DNA from: Mizuhopecten yessoensis
Taxonomy: Eukaryota
Direction: 5' to 3'
Assembly (NCBI RefSeq): GCF_002113885.1
Contig: NW_018408683.1
Coordinates: forward strand, 552,144-616,143
Length of the DNA stretch: 64,000 bases
The notes below the pieces were generated by a model. That model had not been told where the DNA came from and ran no database searches. It was given only the letters and a program-made list of their open reading frames with translations. Below, in pieces: positions 1 through 12,978 of the stretch (positions are counted from its first letter, which is position 1; the number at the start of each line of letters is the position of its first letter). The position numbers and the translations under genes were made by a program.

Positions 1-874
1 TTTTAGATAGTTTAGTTCAAGCCTGAAAAGCTTAACCACTGACTTAATTATATTATGCATGTTTAAGGTAAGAACATAAGTTGCTGTTCTCCCGAGAACG
101 TTTTCTCGTAAACAAAGACGCATACAACGCACTCAGAGTCGGGCGCATTTTTACCATCAAAACTGTGTTCGCTTAGAATGTTTTCGGCCAAAAATAACTT
201 TCCATATCCAGTAGAGCCAGTAACCTCATAGATCAACTAAGGTTTCCATAATAGAAAATAGTCCTCGGATGATAAACCTGAACCATGATGACATGATGAT
301 CTTGTTTGTGTCCTTTCGTGAAATAATGTCTCAAAATAGATCCTCCCATCACTTCAGGATATCTTGTTTGATTTCTTCTAAGATGCTGCATATGTTGTGT
401 ATAGATGCTTTAAGAGGATAAACCATAGTTACCTGTTTCGTATTTAATAAGCCAGTGAACACACCTTATCCAGCGTTGTAGGCCGACGATAAATTGTTCT
501 TTTTTATCGGCTCAGAGATTATTCATGAGATAACTAACAGGTAGACATGTGTGCTCCTGTGCAGCCAGATATGACGAGGTATAAAGTCTGAAATTTTATG
601 AAATTTAGAAAGACCTCCTATACAATACAAACACATGCTTTGTAAAAGAATAAAAACAAACCCTTGCTAATCGGTGGCTATGTATGATCTTGTCAGTCTC
701 ACGCTAGACACATTCCTGGTTAAACAAACTCTATAGAAAATCTTGTCTGTCACTAAGCTACACAAATTCATGACTAAACAAAATGTTTTTGATAAACATG
801 TCCGTCACTTAGCTAAAAACGTCCCAGGTTAAATAAACCCTTGGGTAATCAAGTCTGTTACTCAAACACTATAG

Positions 875-1383
875 ATTACAAGACCCTTTCATGCCAAGGG
901 GTGTAGGATAGGGACATTCCCCCGAGGGGTTTTCAAATTTGGTAAAACCCGAAGCTTTGCCGAAGGTTTTGCCAACTTTGAAAATTCCGAGGTTGGAATG
1001 TCCCTATCCTTCACCCCTGGACATGAAAGGGTCTTATAATTGAGAATACTTAGCACCATTTTGAAAATATCAATTTCCCCCCTGAGCTTATTAGACGAAA
1101 ACGAATCAGCCAGCCAGATTAAGCATATCCCATATTTGCAAACAAAGTTTGCGCAGAAAAAATCTTTCTAACGTGTACGGTAAATATAAAGTAAAATGTA
1201 TTCATTTCATCACGTCGCCTTTTCCGCATTGCGGCATCGGAGAGTTCCAAATTCGTGACGTCACGTCATTGTTGAGCCATTGTTACGTCACGTCATATGA
1301 AATGGGGTGTAATATAGAAATTTCCTACACCCCTTTCTTACCCTGGACAGCTCAATCTTACACACATGGAAATGAGAGAAAAT
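875..1383. mobile_element. Non-autonomous palindromic element (long hairpin 875-1040 plus TGACGTCAC-containing arm) inserted at the edge of the minisatellite
   Basis: attacaagaccctttcatg... (875) pairs with ...catgaaagggtcttataat (1040) around loop cgaagctttgccga; shares cttaccctggacag, tgacgtcac and gagaaaaata with the element at 45870-46318. Confidence 0.65.
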
Positions 1384-1384
1384 A

Positions 1385-4300
1385 CTGGTCTGTCACTCAA
1401 ACACTGTAGATAATCTGGTCTGTCACTCAAACACTAGATAATATGGTCTGTTACTCTAACACTATAGATGATCCTGGCGGTCACTCAAACACTATAGATA
1501 ATCTGGTATGTCACTCCAACACTAGATAATCTGGTATGTTACTCAAACACTTAAGATTATCTGGTATGTTACTCAAACATTATAGATATTCTGTTCTGTT
1601 ACTCAAACACTAGATAATCTGGTCTGTCACTCAAACACTATAGCTAATCTGGTATGTCACTCAAACACTATAGATAATATGGTATGTCATTCAAACACTA
1701 GATAATCTGGTATGTCACCCAAACACTATAGATAATCTGGTTTGTCACTCAAACACTATAGATAACCTGGTCTGTCACCCAAACACTATGGATAATCTGG
1801 TCTGTCACTCAAACACTATAGATGATCCTGGCCGTCACTCAAACACTGAAGATAATCTGGTCTGTCACTCAAACACTATAGATAATCTGGTATGTTACTC
1901 AAACACTATAGATAATCTGGTATGTCATTCAAACACTAAATAATCTGGTATGTCATTCAAACACTAGATAATCCAGTCTGTCACTCATCCACTATAAATA
2001 ATCTGGTCTGTCAGTCAATTACGTTAGATTATCTAGTATGTAACTCAAACACTATAGATAATCTGGTCAGTCACTCAAACACTATAGATAATCTGTTTTG
2101 TCTCTTTAAACACTATAGATAATCTGGTATGTCACTCCAACACTAGGTAATCTGGTATGTTACTCAAACACTTTAGATTATCTGGTATGCTACTCAAACA
2201 CTATAGATAATCTGGTCTGTCACTCAAACACTAGATAATCTGGTCTGTCACTCAAACACTATAGATAATCTGGTATGTCATTCAAACACTAGATAATCTG
2301 GTATGTGACTCAAACACTATAGATGATCCTGGCCGTCAATCAAACACTATAGATAATCTGGTATGTTACTCAAACTATATAGATAATCCTGGCCGTCAAT
2401 CAAACACTATAGATAATCTGGTATGTTACTCAAACAATATAGATAATCTGGTATGTCATTCAAACACTAGATAAGCTGGTCTGTCACTCTAACACTATAG
2501 ATAATCTGGTATGTCACTGAAACACTATTGATAATCTAGTATGTCATTCAAACACTAGATAATCTGGTATGTCATTCAAACACTAGATAATCTGGTATGT
2601 GACTCAAACACTATAGATAATCTGGTATGTCATTCAAACACTAGATAATCCAGTCTGTCACTTAAACTATATAGATAATCTGGTATGTTACTCAAACACT
2701 ATAGATAATCTAGTATGTCATTCAAACACTAGATAATCTGGTCTGTCACTCAAACACTATAGATAATCTGGTATATCACTCAAACACTATAGATAATATG
2801 GTATGTCATTCAAACACTAGATAATCTGGTATGTCACTCAAACACTATAGATGATCCTGGCCGTCACTCAAACACTATAGATAATCTGATCTGTCACTCA
2901 AACACTTTAGATAATCTGGTATGTCACTCAAACACTATAGATAATCTGGTCTGTCACTCAAACACTATAGATAATCTGGTATGTTACTCAAACACTATAG
3001 ATAATCTGGTATGTCATTCAAACACTAGATAATCTGGTCTGTCACTCAAACACTATAGATAATCTGGTATGTCACTCAAACACTATAGATAATCTGGTAT
3101 GTCATTCAAACACTAGATAATCTGGTATGTCACTCAAACACTATAGATAATCTGGTATGTCATTCAAACACTAGATAATCTGGTATGTGACTCAAACACT
3201 ATAGATAATCTGGTATGTCATTCAAACACTAGATAATCCAGTCTGTCACTTAAACTATATAGATAATCTGGTATGTTACTCAAACACTATAGATAATCTA
3301 GTATGTCATTCAAACACTAGATAATCTGGTCTGTCACTCAAACACTATAGATAATCTGGTATATCACTCAAACACTATAGATAATATGGTATGTCATTCA
3401 AACACTAGATAATCTGGTATGTCACTCAAACACTATAGATGATCCTGGCCGTCACTCAAACACTATAGATAATCTGATCTGTCACTCAAACACTTTAGAT
3501 AATCTGGTATGTCACTCAAACACTATAGATAATCTGGTCTGTCACTCAAACACTATAGATAACCTGGTCTGTCACTCAAACACTATGGATAATCTGGTCT
3601 GTCACCCAAACACTATGAATAATCTGGTCTGTCACTCAAACACTATAGATGATCCTGACCGTCACTCAAACACTAAAGATAATCTGGTCTGTCACTCAAA
3701 CACTATAGATGATCCCGGCCGTCACTCAAACACTATAGATAATCTGGTATGTCACTCAAACACTATAGATAATCTGGTATGTCATTCAAACACTAAATAG
3801 AGTCTGTCACTCATCCACTATAAATAATCTGGTCTGTCAGTCAAATACGTTAGATTATCTAGTATGTAACTCAAACACTATAGAAAATCTGGTCAGTCAC
3901 TCAAACACTTAAGATATTCTTGTCTGTGACACAAACACTATAGATAATCTGTTTTGTCTCTTTAAACACTATAGATAATCTGGTATGTCACTCCAACACT
4001 AGATAATCTGGTATGTTACTCAAACACTTAAGATTATCTGGTATGCTACTCAAACACTATAGAGAATCTGGTCTGTCACTCAAACACTAGATAATCTGGT
4101 CTGTCACTCAAACATTATAGATAATCTGGTATGTCATTCAAACACTAGATAATCTGGTATGTGACTCAAACACTATAGATGATCCTGGCCGTCAATCAAA
4201 CACTATAGATAATCTGGTATGTTACTCAAACAATATAGATAATCTGGTATGTCATTCAAACACTAGATAATCTGGTCTGTCACTCAAACACTATAGATTA

Positions 4301-5200
4301 TCTGGTATGTCACTGAAACACTATTGATAATCTGGTATGTCATTCAAACACTAGATAATCTGGTATGTCATTCAAACAATATAGATAATCTGGTATGTCA
4401 TTCAAACACTAGATAATCCATTCTGTCACTCAAACACTATAGATAATCTGGTATATTACTCAAACACTATAGATAATCTGGTATGTCATTCAAACACTAG
4501 ATAAGCTGGTCTGTCACTCAAACACTATAGATAATCTAGTCTGTCATCCAAACAAAATAGATAATATGGTCTGTCACTCAAACACTATAGATACTCTGGT
4601 ATGTCACTCAAACAAAATAGATAATCTGGTATGTCATTCAAACACTAGATAATCTGGTATGTCACTCAAACACTATAGATAATCTGGTATGTCATTCAAA
4701 CACTAGATAATCCATTCTGTCACTCAAACAAAATAGATAATCTGGTATGTCATTGAAACACTAGATAATCTGGTATGTCACTCAAACACTTTAGATAATC
4801 CAGTCTGTCACTCAAATACTATAGATAATCTGGTATGTTACTCAAACAGTATAGATGATCCTGGCCGTCACTCAAACACTGTAGATAATCTGGTCTGTCA
4901 CTCAAACATTATAGGTAATCTGGTATGTCACTCAAACACTATAGATAATCCAGTCTGTCACTCAAATACTATAGATAATCTGGTATGTTACTCAAACACT
5001 ATAGATGATCCTGGCCGTCACTCAAACACTATAGATAATCTGGTCTGTCACTCAAACATTATAGATAATCTGGTATGTCACTCAAACACTATAGATAATA
5101 TGGTATGTTACTCAAACACTATAGAAAATCTGGTATGTCATTCAAACATTAGATAATCCAAGTTGTTACTCAAACACTATAGATAATCCAGTCTGACACT
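1385..5200. repeat. Minisatellite, 30/28-bp unit (cactatagataatctggt[a/c]tgtcactcaaa), roughly 130 copies
   Basis: Directly visible tandem repeat; 28-bp variant lacks 'ta'; higher-order duplications marked by rare variants. Confidence 0.97.
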
Positions 5201-5409
5201 CAGCTAAAATGTTCCTGTTTTAACTTACTCTATAGATAACACGTTAACATTCGATACCGATATCAGTTGAATCTCAATACCGATATGCAGTGGGATAAAC
5301 ACGTTTATTTTCCCCCCACAGGGGCCATTTCAACGGCATATGGGTATTCAAGGGTGAAACTGAGTTATGTTGAAGAGGCATGAATGGTTACAAATTATGA
5401 ATTATATCT

Positions 5410-5600
5410 AATAATAATAATATACAACATTTGATATAGCGCCCTATCTATCTAACATAAGCCACTCTAAAGCGATTTACAGTACATAGATATACACTTT
5501 TTATACAGTCAATACAATTAGCATATACATTAATCAATACAATATTGAGGAATTCGCAGGAGCTGCCTTATCAGGCGCTAACTACTATTCCTATGCCACC
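5410..5600 (-). mobile_element. 3' tail fragment of a SINE/L2-type retroposon
   Basis: (taa)n tail followed by atatagcgcc...ctctaaagcgatttaca, same layout as the SINE tails at 27978 and 53672. Confidence 0.35.
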
Positions 5601-6511
5601 TGGCGTATATCTCCCTATGTGTGTATGCCTGTGTGTGTGCTGGAGATGTATTTTGTTATGTCTTTTATTTAGTCTTATTAATTCTTGTAAACATTTTCCT
5701 TGGTCAGACCATTTAAGGGCTTAATACATGTATATATATACAGTTGGATACGTTTGTATCACAAACCCGTATTCACAATGACAGATAGTGTCATTGTACA
5801 GCTTGAAACTAGTTGTGACAAGTTGTATCAACGTAACTATAACAGAGGTTAAGTAACACTGATAACGGTATACTCTGAGGAAGAACCTGTTGGTAAACTC
5901 AAAAATATATAATTAACCAACAGTCATTTTTCAACCTTTTCATTCGTTAAATGTCAGTACCGCCATCAATTAACTAAATGTATGCGGAGAAAATGTTTAT
6001 ATTCGAGTGTATTCTATGTTCGTCATTGGTAATATCTCAAGTCAGAAAGAGAGCAACATCTTTCTATGGTATGATATCGAACCAATTTATGATCTAATGC
6101 ACCGATTATCACTAAATGCACCAAAAGGTAATTAATGTAATTGTAATAAAATGTTTCTTTAATGTGTTGTTTTTGTTCCATGTGCTATCAATATATGATT
6201 ATTAATACTCAAAATAATGCGCACAAAAAATGTGATGTTTCACAGCCAATGCGTTTGTTTTTGCTTTTTTTCACGTCATTTTAATCCTTTTGATTAAGAT
6301 TGGTGCATTTTATTTTGCAAACGTCTCGTTTTAGTGTGTCTTTTGGCCTAAAATTGTCAACAGACCGTAAATAAAAAACAAACTACAAACAAATCCATTC
6401 CAAGCTATCACATTTGTACCTTTTAGATATCAAAATAATTTGCCAAAAGCCAGACGTTTGCCGAAATGGCTGGTATGGGCCAAGCAAATGCGTGATAAAA
6501 AGCTGCTTTAT

Positions 6512-6927
6512 TAAAGCAGTTGCCAGATATGTTTCACCCTGACAAGTGCTGTATACTAAAGCAGTCGCCAGATATGTTTTACCCTGACAAGTGCTGTATA
6601 CTAAAGCAGTTGCCAGATATATTTCACCCTGACAAGTGCTGTATACTAAAGAAGTTGCCAGATATGTTTTACCCTGACAAGTGCTGTATAATAAAGCAGT
6701 CGCCAGATATATTTCACCCTGACAAGTGCTGTATACTAAAGAAGTTGCCAGATATTTTTTACCCTGACAAGTGCTGTATAATAAAGCAGTCGCCAGATAT
6801 ATTTCACCCTGACAAGTGCTATATACTAAAGAAGTTGCCAGATATGTTTTACCCTGACAAGTGGTGTATACTAAAGCAGTTGCCAGATATGTTTCACCCT
6901 GACAAGTGCTGTATACTAAAGCAGTTG
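6512..6927. repeat. Minisatellite, 42-bp unit (aagcagttgccagatatgtttcaccctgacaagtgctgtatacta-like), about 10 copies
   Basis: Direct tandem repeat; produces the 14-aa periodic ORFs 6383..6931 and 6520..6933. Confidence 0.95.
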
Positions 6928-7009
6928 TCATAACGATAACCTACTCAATAGAGGTAACTACCGTGACGGCTACTGTGGACCATCGCAAGAAACGTTACAG
7001 GGTAAGCAA

Positions 7010-7347
7010 AGTTTGTTAATCTTGTCAGTCACTTAGCCACTACATTTCTTGGAAAACAAACCTTAAAGATAATCTTGTCTGTCACTGAGCTAGACATATG
7101 TTTTATTAAACAACCACTGTTGATAAGCTTGTCTGTCACTTAGCTTGACATAAACTTTATTAAACAAACACTGTTGCTAAGCTTGTCTGTCAATTAGCTA
7201 GACACATAGCTTGTCTGTCACTTAGCTCCACATAAACTTTATTAAACAAACACTGTTGATAGGCTTGTCTGTCACTTAGCTAGACATGTATTTTATTAAA
7301 CAACCACTGTTGATAAGCTTGTCTGTCACTTAGCTAGACACAAACTT
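7010..7347. repeat. 54-bp minisatellite, left segment
   Basis: Units cttagctagacat...aaacaaacactgttgataagcttgtctgtca, same as 8263-11310. Confidence 0.9.
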
Positions 7348-7965
7348 TGTTTTTTTTATTTTTTATTTTTTTTATTATATTTTTTTTTTTTTACAAGACA
7401 AGACAAAACATATATGACATTGTTCCTAAGTACATGATTGTTCATACATATTAAACAAAGATCATCATCATCATCAGACATCATCATCATCATCATATAA
7501 CATATTATTATTAACACATAAGCAGATATTAAGCAAAAATTTGCCAATGTCATGTACATACATAAAGACATACACTGAGACACTGATGCAAAAACAATAT
7601 ATATAAACCTATGACATCAAACACACAAGAGAAAAACCAAACAAACTGAAACAGAATAAAAAACAAAAACAAAACACAAAACATTACCGGGGATGGGGAG
7701 CACTCCTATGTCATTATATTTTAACTTAAGCCTGGCGAATTAAAATGTATGAAATATTTGATGATTATTATTACAGTGAGGAGACGATAAAGTACAATAG
7801 ATGTATATACATTGTATGTATAGAACAAATATGTCATATATATATATATATAGTCATATTATAATTGCATCCAGTTATCTATTTGATGGTTTAACTCATC
7901 CTTATTTATTAATTTATTCTGTTATTATTACAGTGAGGAGACGATAAAGTACAATAGTATTAGTT

Positions 7966-8100
7966 ACACAGCCCGTTAGTGACCTAATACGGAAAAATAT
8001 TGGGTCTAAAAGAAACTTGTATCGGGCGTGTTCGCCTCGCCCGATACAAGTTTTTTTTAGACCCAATATTTTTCCGTATTAGGTCACTAACAAACTGTGT
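7966..8100. mobile_element. Long near-perfect palindrome (non-autonomous element end) within a composite insertion that splits the 54-bp array
   Basis: gttagtgacctaatacggaaaaatattgggtctaaaagaaacttgtatcgggcg / cgcccgatacaagttttttttagacccaatatttttccgtattaggtcactaac around loop tgttcgcct. Confidence 0.7.
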
Positions 8101-8262
8101 CACGAATTTATCCCGTCGAAGGCCCTTTGGATAAAAAAAACCCTGCAAAATAATACTAGTCACACTGATCACAGGGCAATGATCAATCGTTCCCGGCCCT
8201 CCCGCCTCAGCCCAGCCATCACTGCCCCAAAATTCATGTTCGCATCGGAAAATGCTGGGTCT

Positions 8263-11200
8263 TTTAGACATAAACTTTATTAACAAACCACTGTTGCTAA
8301 GCTTGGTTGTCAATTAGCTAGACATCTACTTTGTTAAACAAACACTGTTGATAAGCTTGTCTGTCACTTAGCTAGACATATACTTTGCTAAATAAACACT
8401 GTTGATAAGCTTGTCTGTCAATTAGCTAGACATAACCTTTGTTAAACAAACACTGTTGATAAGCTTGTCTGTCACTTAGCTAGACATATACTTTGTTAAA
8501 CAAACCCTGTTGATAGGCTTGTCTGTCACTTAGCTAGGCATATACTTTGTTAAACAAACACTGTTGCTAAGCTTGTCTGTCACTAAGCTAGATTTATACT
8601 TTGTTAAACAAACACTGTTAATAAGTTTGTCTATCAATTAGCTAGACATATACTTTGTTAAACAAACACTGTTGCTAAGCTTGTCTGTCACTTAGCTAGA
8701 CATATACTTTGTTATACAAACACTGTTGATAGGCTTGTCTGTCACTTAGCTAGACATATAATTTGTTAAACAAACACTGTTGCTAAGGTTGTCTGTCACT
8801 TAGCTAGACATATACTTTGTTAAACAAACACTGTTGCTAAGCTTGTCTGTCAATTAACTAGACATATACTTTGTTAAACAACCACTGTTGCTAAGCTTGT
8901 CTGTCAATTAGCTAGACATATACTTTGTTAAACAACCACTGTTGCTAAGCTTGTCTGTCAATTAGCTAGACATATACTTTCTTAAACAAATACTGTTGAT
9001 AAGCTTGTCTGTCACTTAGCTAGACATATACTTTGTTAAACAACCACTGTTGCTAAGCTTGTCTGTCAATGAGCTAGACATATACTTTCTTAAACAAATA
9101 CTGTTGATAAGCTTGTCTGTCACTTAGCTAGACATATACTTTGTTAATCAAACACTGTTGATAATCTTGTCTGTCACTTAGCTAGGCATATACTTTATTA
9201 AACAACCACTGTTGCTAAGCTTGTCTGTCACTTACCTAGACATACAATTTGGTAAACACACAGTGTTGATAAGCTTGTCTGTCACTTAGCTAGACATATA
9301 CTTTGTAAAACAAACACTGTTGCTAAGCTTGTCTGTCAATTAGCTAGACATATAATTTGTTAAACAAACACTGTTGATAAGCTTGTCAGTCACTTAGCTA
9401 GACATATACTTTGTTAAACAAACACTCTTGCTAAGCTTGTCTGTCAATTAGCTAGACACATACTTTGTTAAACAAACACTCTTGCTAAGCTTGTCTGTCA
9501 ATTAGCTAGACATATAATTTGTTAAACAAACACTGTTGATAAGCTTGTCAGTCACTTAGCTATACATATACTTTGTTAAACAAACACTGTTGCTAAGCTT
9601 GTCTGTCAATTAGCTAGACACATACTTTGTTAAACAAACACTGTTGATAAAATTGTCTGTCACTTAGCTAGACAAATACTTTGTTAAACAACCACTGTTG
9701 ATAAGCTTGTCTGTCACTTAGCTAGACATAAACTTTATTAAACAACATCTGTTGCTAAGCATGTTTGTCAATAATCTAGACATATACTTTGTTAAACAAA
9801 CAATGTTGATAGGCTTGTCTGTCACTTAGCTAGACATATACTTTGTTAAACAAACACTGTTGATAAGCTTGTCTGTCACTTAGCTAGACATATACTTTAT
9901 GAAACAACCACTGTTGCTAAGCTTGTCTGTCAATTATCTAGACATATACTTTCTTAAACAAATACTGTTGATAAGCTTGTCTGTCACTTAGCTAGACATA
10001 TACTTTATGAAACAACCACTGTTGCTAAGCTTGTCTGTCAATTAGCTAGACATATACTTTCTTAAACAAATACTGTTGATAAGCTTGTCTGTCACTTAGC
10101 TAGACAAAAACTTTGTTAAACAAACACTGTTGATAATCTTGTCTGTCACTTAGCTAGGCATAAAATTTATTAAACAACCACTGTTGCTAAGCTTGTCTGT
10201 CAATGATCTAGACATATACTTTGTTAAACAAACACTGTTGCTAAGCTTGTCTGTCAATGATCTAGACATATGCTTTGTTAAACAAACACTGTTGATAAGC
10301 TTGACTGTCACTTAGCTAGACATATACTTTGTTAAACAAACAGTTTTGATAAGCTTGTCTGTGACTTAGCTAGACATATTCTTTGTTAAACAAACACTGT
10401 TGCTAAGCTTGTCTGTCAATGATCTAGACCTATACTTTGTTAAACAAACACTGTTGATAAGCTAGTCTGTCACTAAATCAGACATATACTTTGTTAAACA
10501 AACACTGTTGATAAGCTTGACTGTCACTTAGCTAGACATATACTTTGTTAAACAAACAGTGTTGATAAGCTTGTCTGCGACTTAGCTAGACATATCCTTT
10601 GTTAAACAAACACTGTTGCTAAGCTTGTCTGTCAATTAACTAGACATATACTTTGTTAAACAACCACTGTTGCTAAGCTTGTGTGTCACTTAGCTAGACA
10701 TATACTTTGTTAAACAAACAGTGTTGATAAGCTTGTCTGTGACTTAGCTAGACATATACTTTGTTAAACAAACACTGTTGCTAAGCTTGTCTGTCAATGA
10801 TCTAGACCTATACTTTGTTAAACAAACACTGTTGATAAGCTTGTCTGTCACTTAGCTAGACCTAACTTTGTTAAACAAACACTGTTGATAAGCTAGTCTG
10901 TCACTAAATCAGACATATACTTTGTTAAACAAACACTGTTGATAATTTTGTCTGTCAATTAGCTAGACACACACTTTGTTAAACAAACACTGTTGATAAA
11001 ATTGTCTGTCACTTAGCTAGACAAATACTTTGTTAAACAACCACTGTTGATAAGCTTGTCTGTCAATTAGCTAGACATATACTTTGTTAAACAAACACTG
11101 TTGATAAGCTAGTCTGTCACTAAATCAGACATATACTTTGTTAAACAAACACTGTTGATAATTTTGTCTGTCACTTAGCTAGACATATATTTTGTTAAAC

Positions 11201-11310
11201 AAACACTGTTGCTAAGCTTGTCTATCAATTAGCTAGACACATAATTTGTTAAACAAACACTGTTGATAAGCTTGTCTGTCACTTAGCCATATCACTCCTT
11301 GTTAAACAAA
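8263..11310. repeat. 54-bp minisatellite (cttagctagacatatactttgttaaacaaacactgttgataagcttgtctgtca), about 56 copies, with degenerate units continuing to ~11590
   Basis: Direct tandem repeat, period 54 (e.g. aacact at 8341 and 8395). Confidence 0.97.
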
Positions 11311-12978
11311 CCGTTTAGAAAATATTGTCCGTCTCAAGGTAGAAATATTCATGGGTAAATATTCTGTGAAGACATTCATTTATGTCACTTAGCTAGAAAA
11401 AATACTCTTGTCGGTCAGTTAGTCAGAAATGTTTCTGGGTAAAAAAAACTATTTAAATAATCGTGTTAGTCACTTAGCTAGAAGCATTCCGTGGTAAACA
11501 ATCCTTAAAGATAATCATGTATGTCACTTAGCTAGAACCATTCCTGGGTAAACAAGCGCCATAGACAATCATGTCTATCTCTTAATTAGCTGTACAACTC
11601 TCAAAGTCTGAGCCCGTCATCTAATGCGTATGGAAGATTCAACTTCCAAATGAATCGAAGCATTCTAAAATAGACCGGTAACCCACTGTAACTATATTGG
11701 CTAATTTAAAATCTACATATCTTCAAGCACCAGAACATAAAGGAATCATAAAAGGCTTAATGTTGACGTGATGGATTAATTCCATAGTATGATGATAATA
11801 ACAATAGATAGTGTGTACACTGTAACAAATAAAACAATAGAAGAGTGGTGGTTATCAATGGGATGATCGACGTCAAAAACAAGAAATTGATAGCCTCCTT
11901 ACAAACATGTATGACTTTAAAAGAGAGTTTACATATGTTACTTACCGGCACAAACCTGCTACATAAAGACGAGTGGCCTCTGAACACCACTGTGTAGATA
12001 CCCTGTTACTGACAACGTTCTCACTGCACTTATAAAATCATAATGAGGTGGGTGGAATGTTAGCTTTCTTATAACACGTCGACCTAGACTTTGGCGTGTC
12101 AATTGTTCAACACACTTGTGTACTACTTGTACAGCTTAAATAATGTCAAAATTCACATCAATACAGCATCTCAGTTTAAGGAAAATTATTTCATGAACCA
12201 CTACTGGCGTTGTATTCTTCATTATATTTTTTAAGAAATGTAACGGTATCTAACATTTACATAGTGACATGTCCAATCCTATAAAACTAACAATGCTTAC
12301 GTAACGCACAATACTATGGAGACGAGACTACACATAGGGCACGATTGAGGAAGTATTATTGCTCACCTGTTATTCAATGCTGTTGGGACTTTTAAACTTC
12401 AAAGTGGGACAAAGACCATTTTTTGTCAACAATCTTCATATCAAGCAAGCTAACGCTTTATGCCTTTGTATCGTTTTTCTATATTTTTTATTGTTTGAAC
12501 CTTCAGAATTCCGCAATGTCATTTATCTTGACTGCCGTCAAGTCTTTTCATTTCAGTAATAATTACCATAACTTAAGTATGCATATATACAATACCTACA
12601 CCCAATTTTGTTTTGTCGGTTTGGTTAGAGTGTCAACTCAATTCGTTGTGCAGTTTGTGTGCCTTATACCCATCTGCCCTTGTTAATACAATTAATTATT
12701 ATTGGAAATTATTTTTGTGCTTTTACGGCCGGTTATTTTACTCCACGAGTGCCGGTGGTGTGCCACGCGGTCCGCCATTATTGTGGGTTAATTTCCGACC
12801 TCTGTTTATTTTAGTGACGGTTGTTTATTTCGGCAAACGTTTTTTTATTTTAACCGTTTTCGGATTTATATTACGGGTGAAATTCTTTCTACGTTGTGTA
12901 CTTTGTACTATCGTATTTTATTATTTTTTCCCGTGTTTATCTGCTTGTAATTTTTTGTTTACTTTCGCTTTGGAGTGA

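Noticed and set aside
3585-3800. 71-aa repetitive ORF
   Set aside because: Run of 30-bp satellite units
6383-6933. Periodic Cys-containing ORFs on both strands (14-aa repeats)
   Set aside because: By-product of a 42-bp minisatellite whose unit length is divisible by 3; no unique flanking coding sequence or splice context
1385-11310. CRISPR-like appearance of regular repeats
   Set aside because: Units are head to tail with no unique spacers, no cas genes, and the context is eukaryotic
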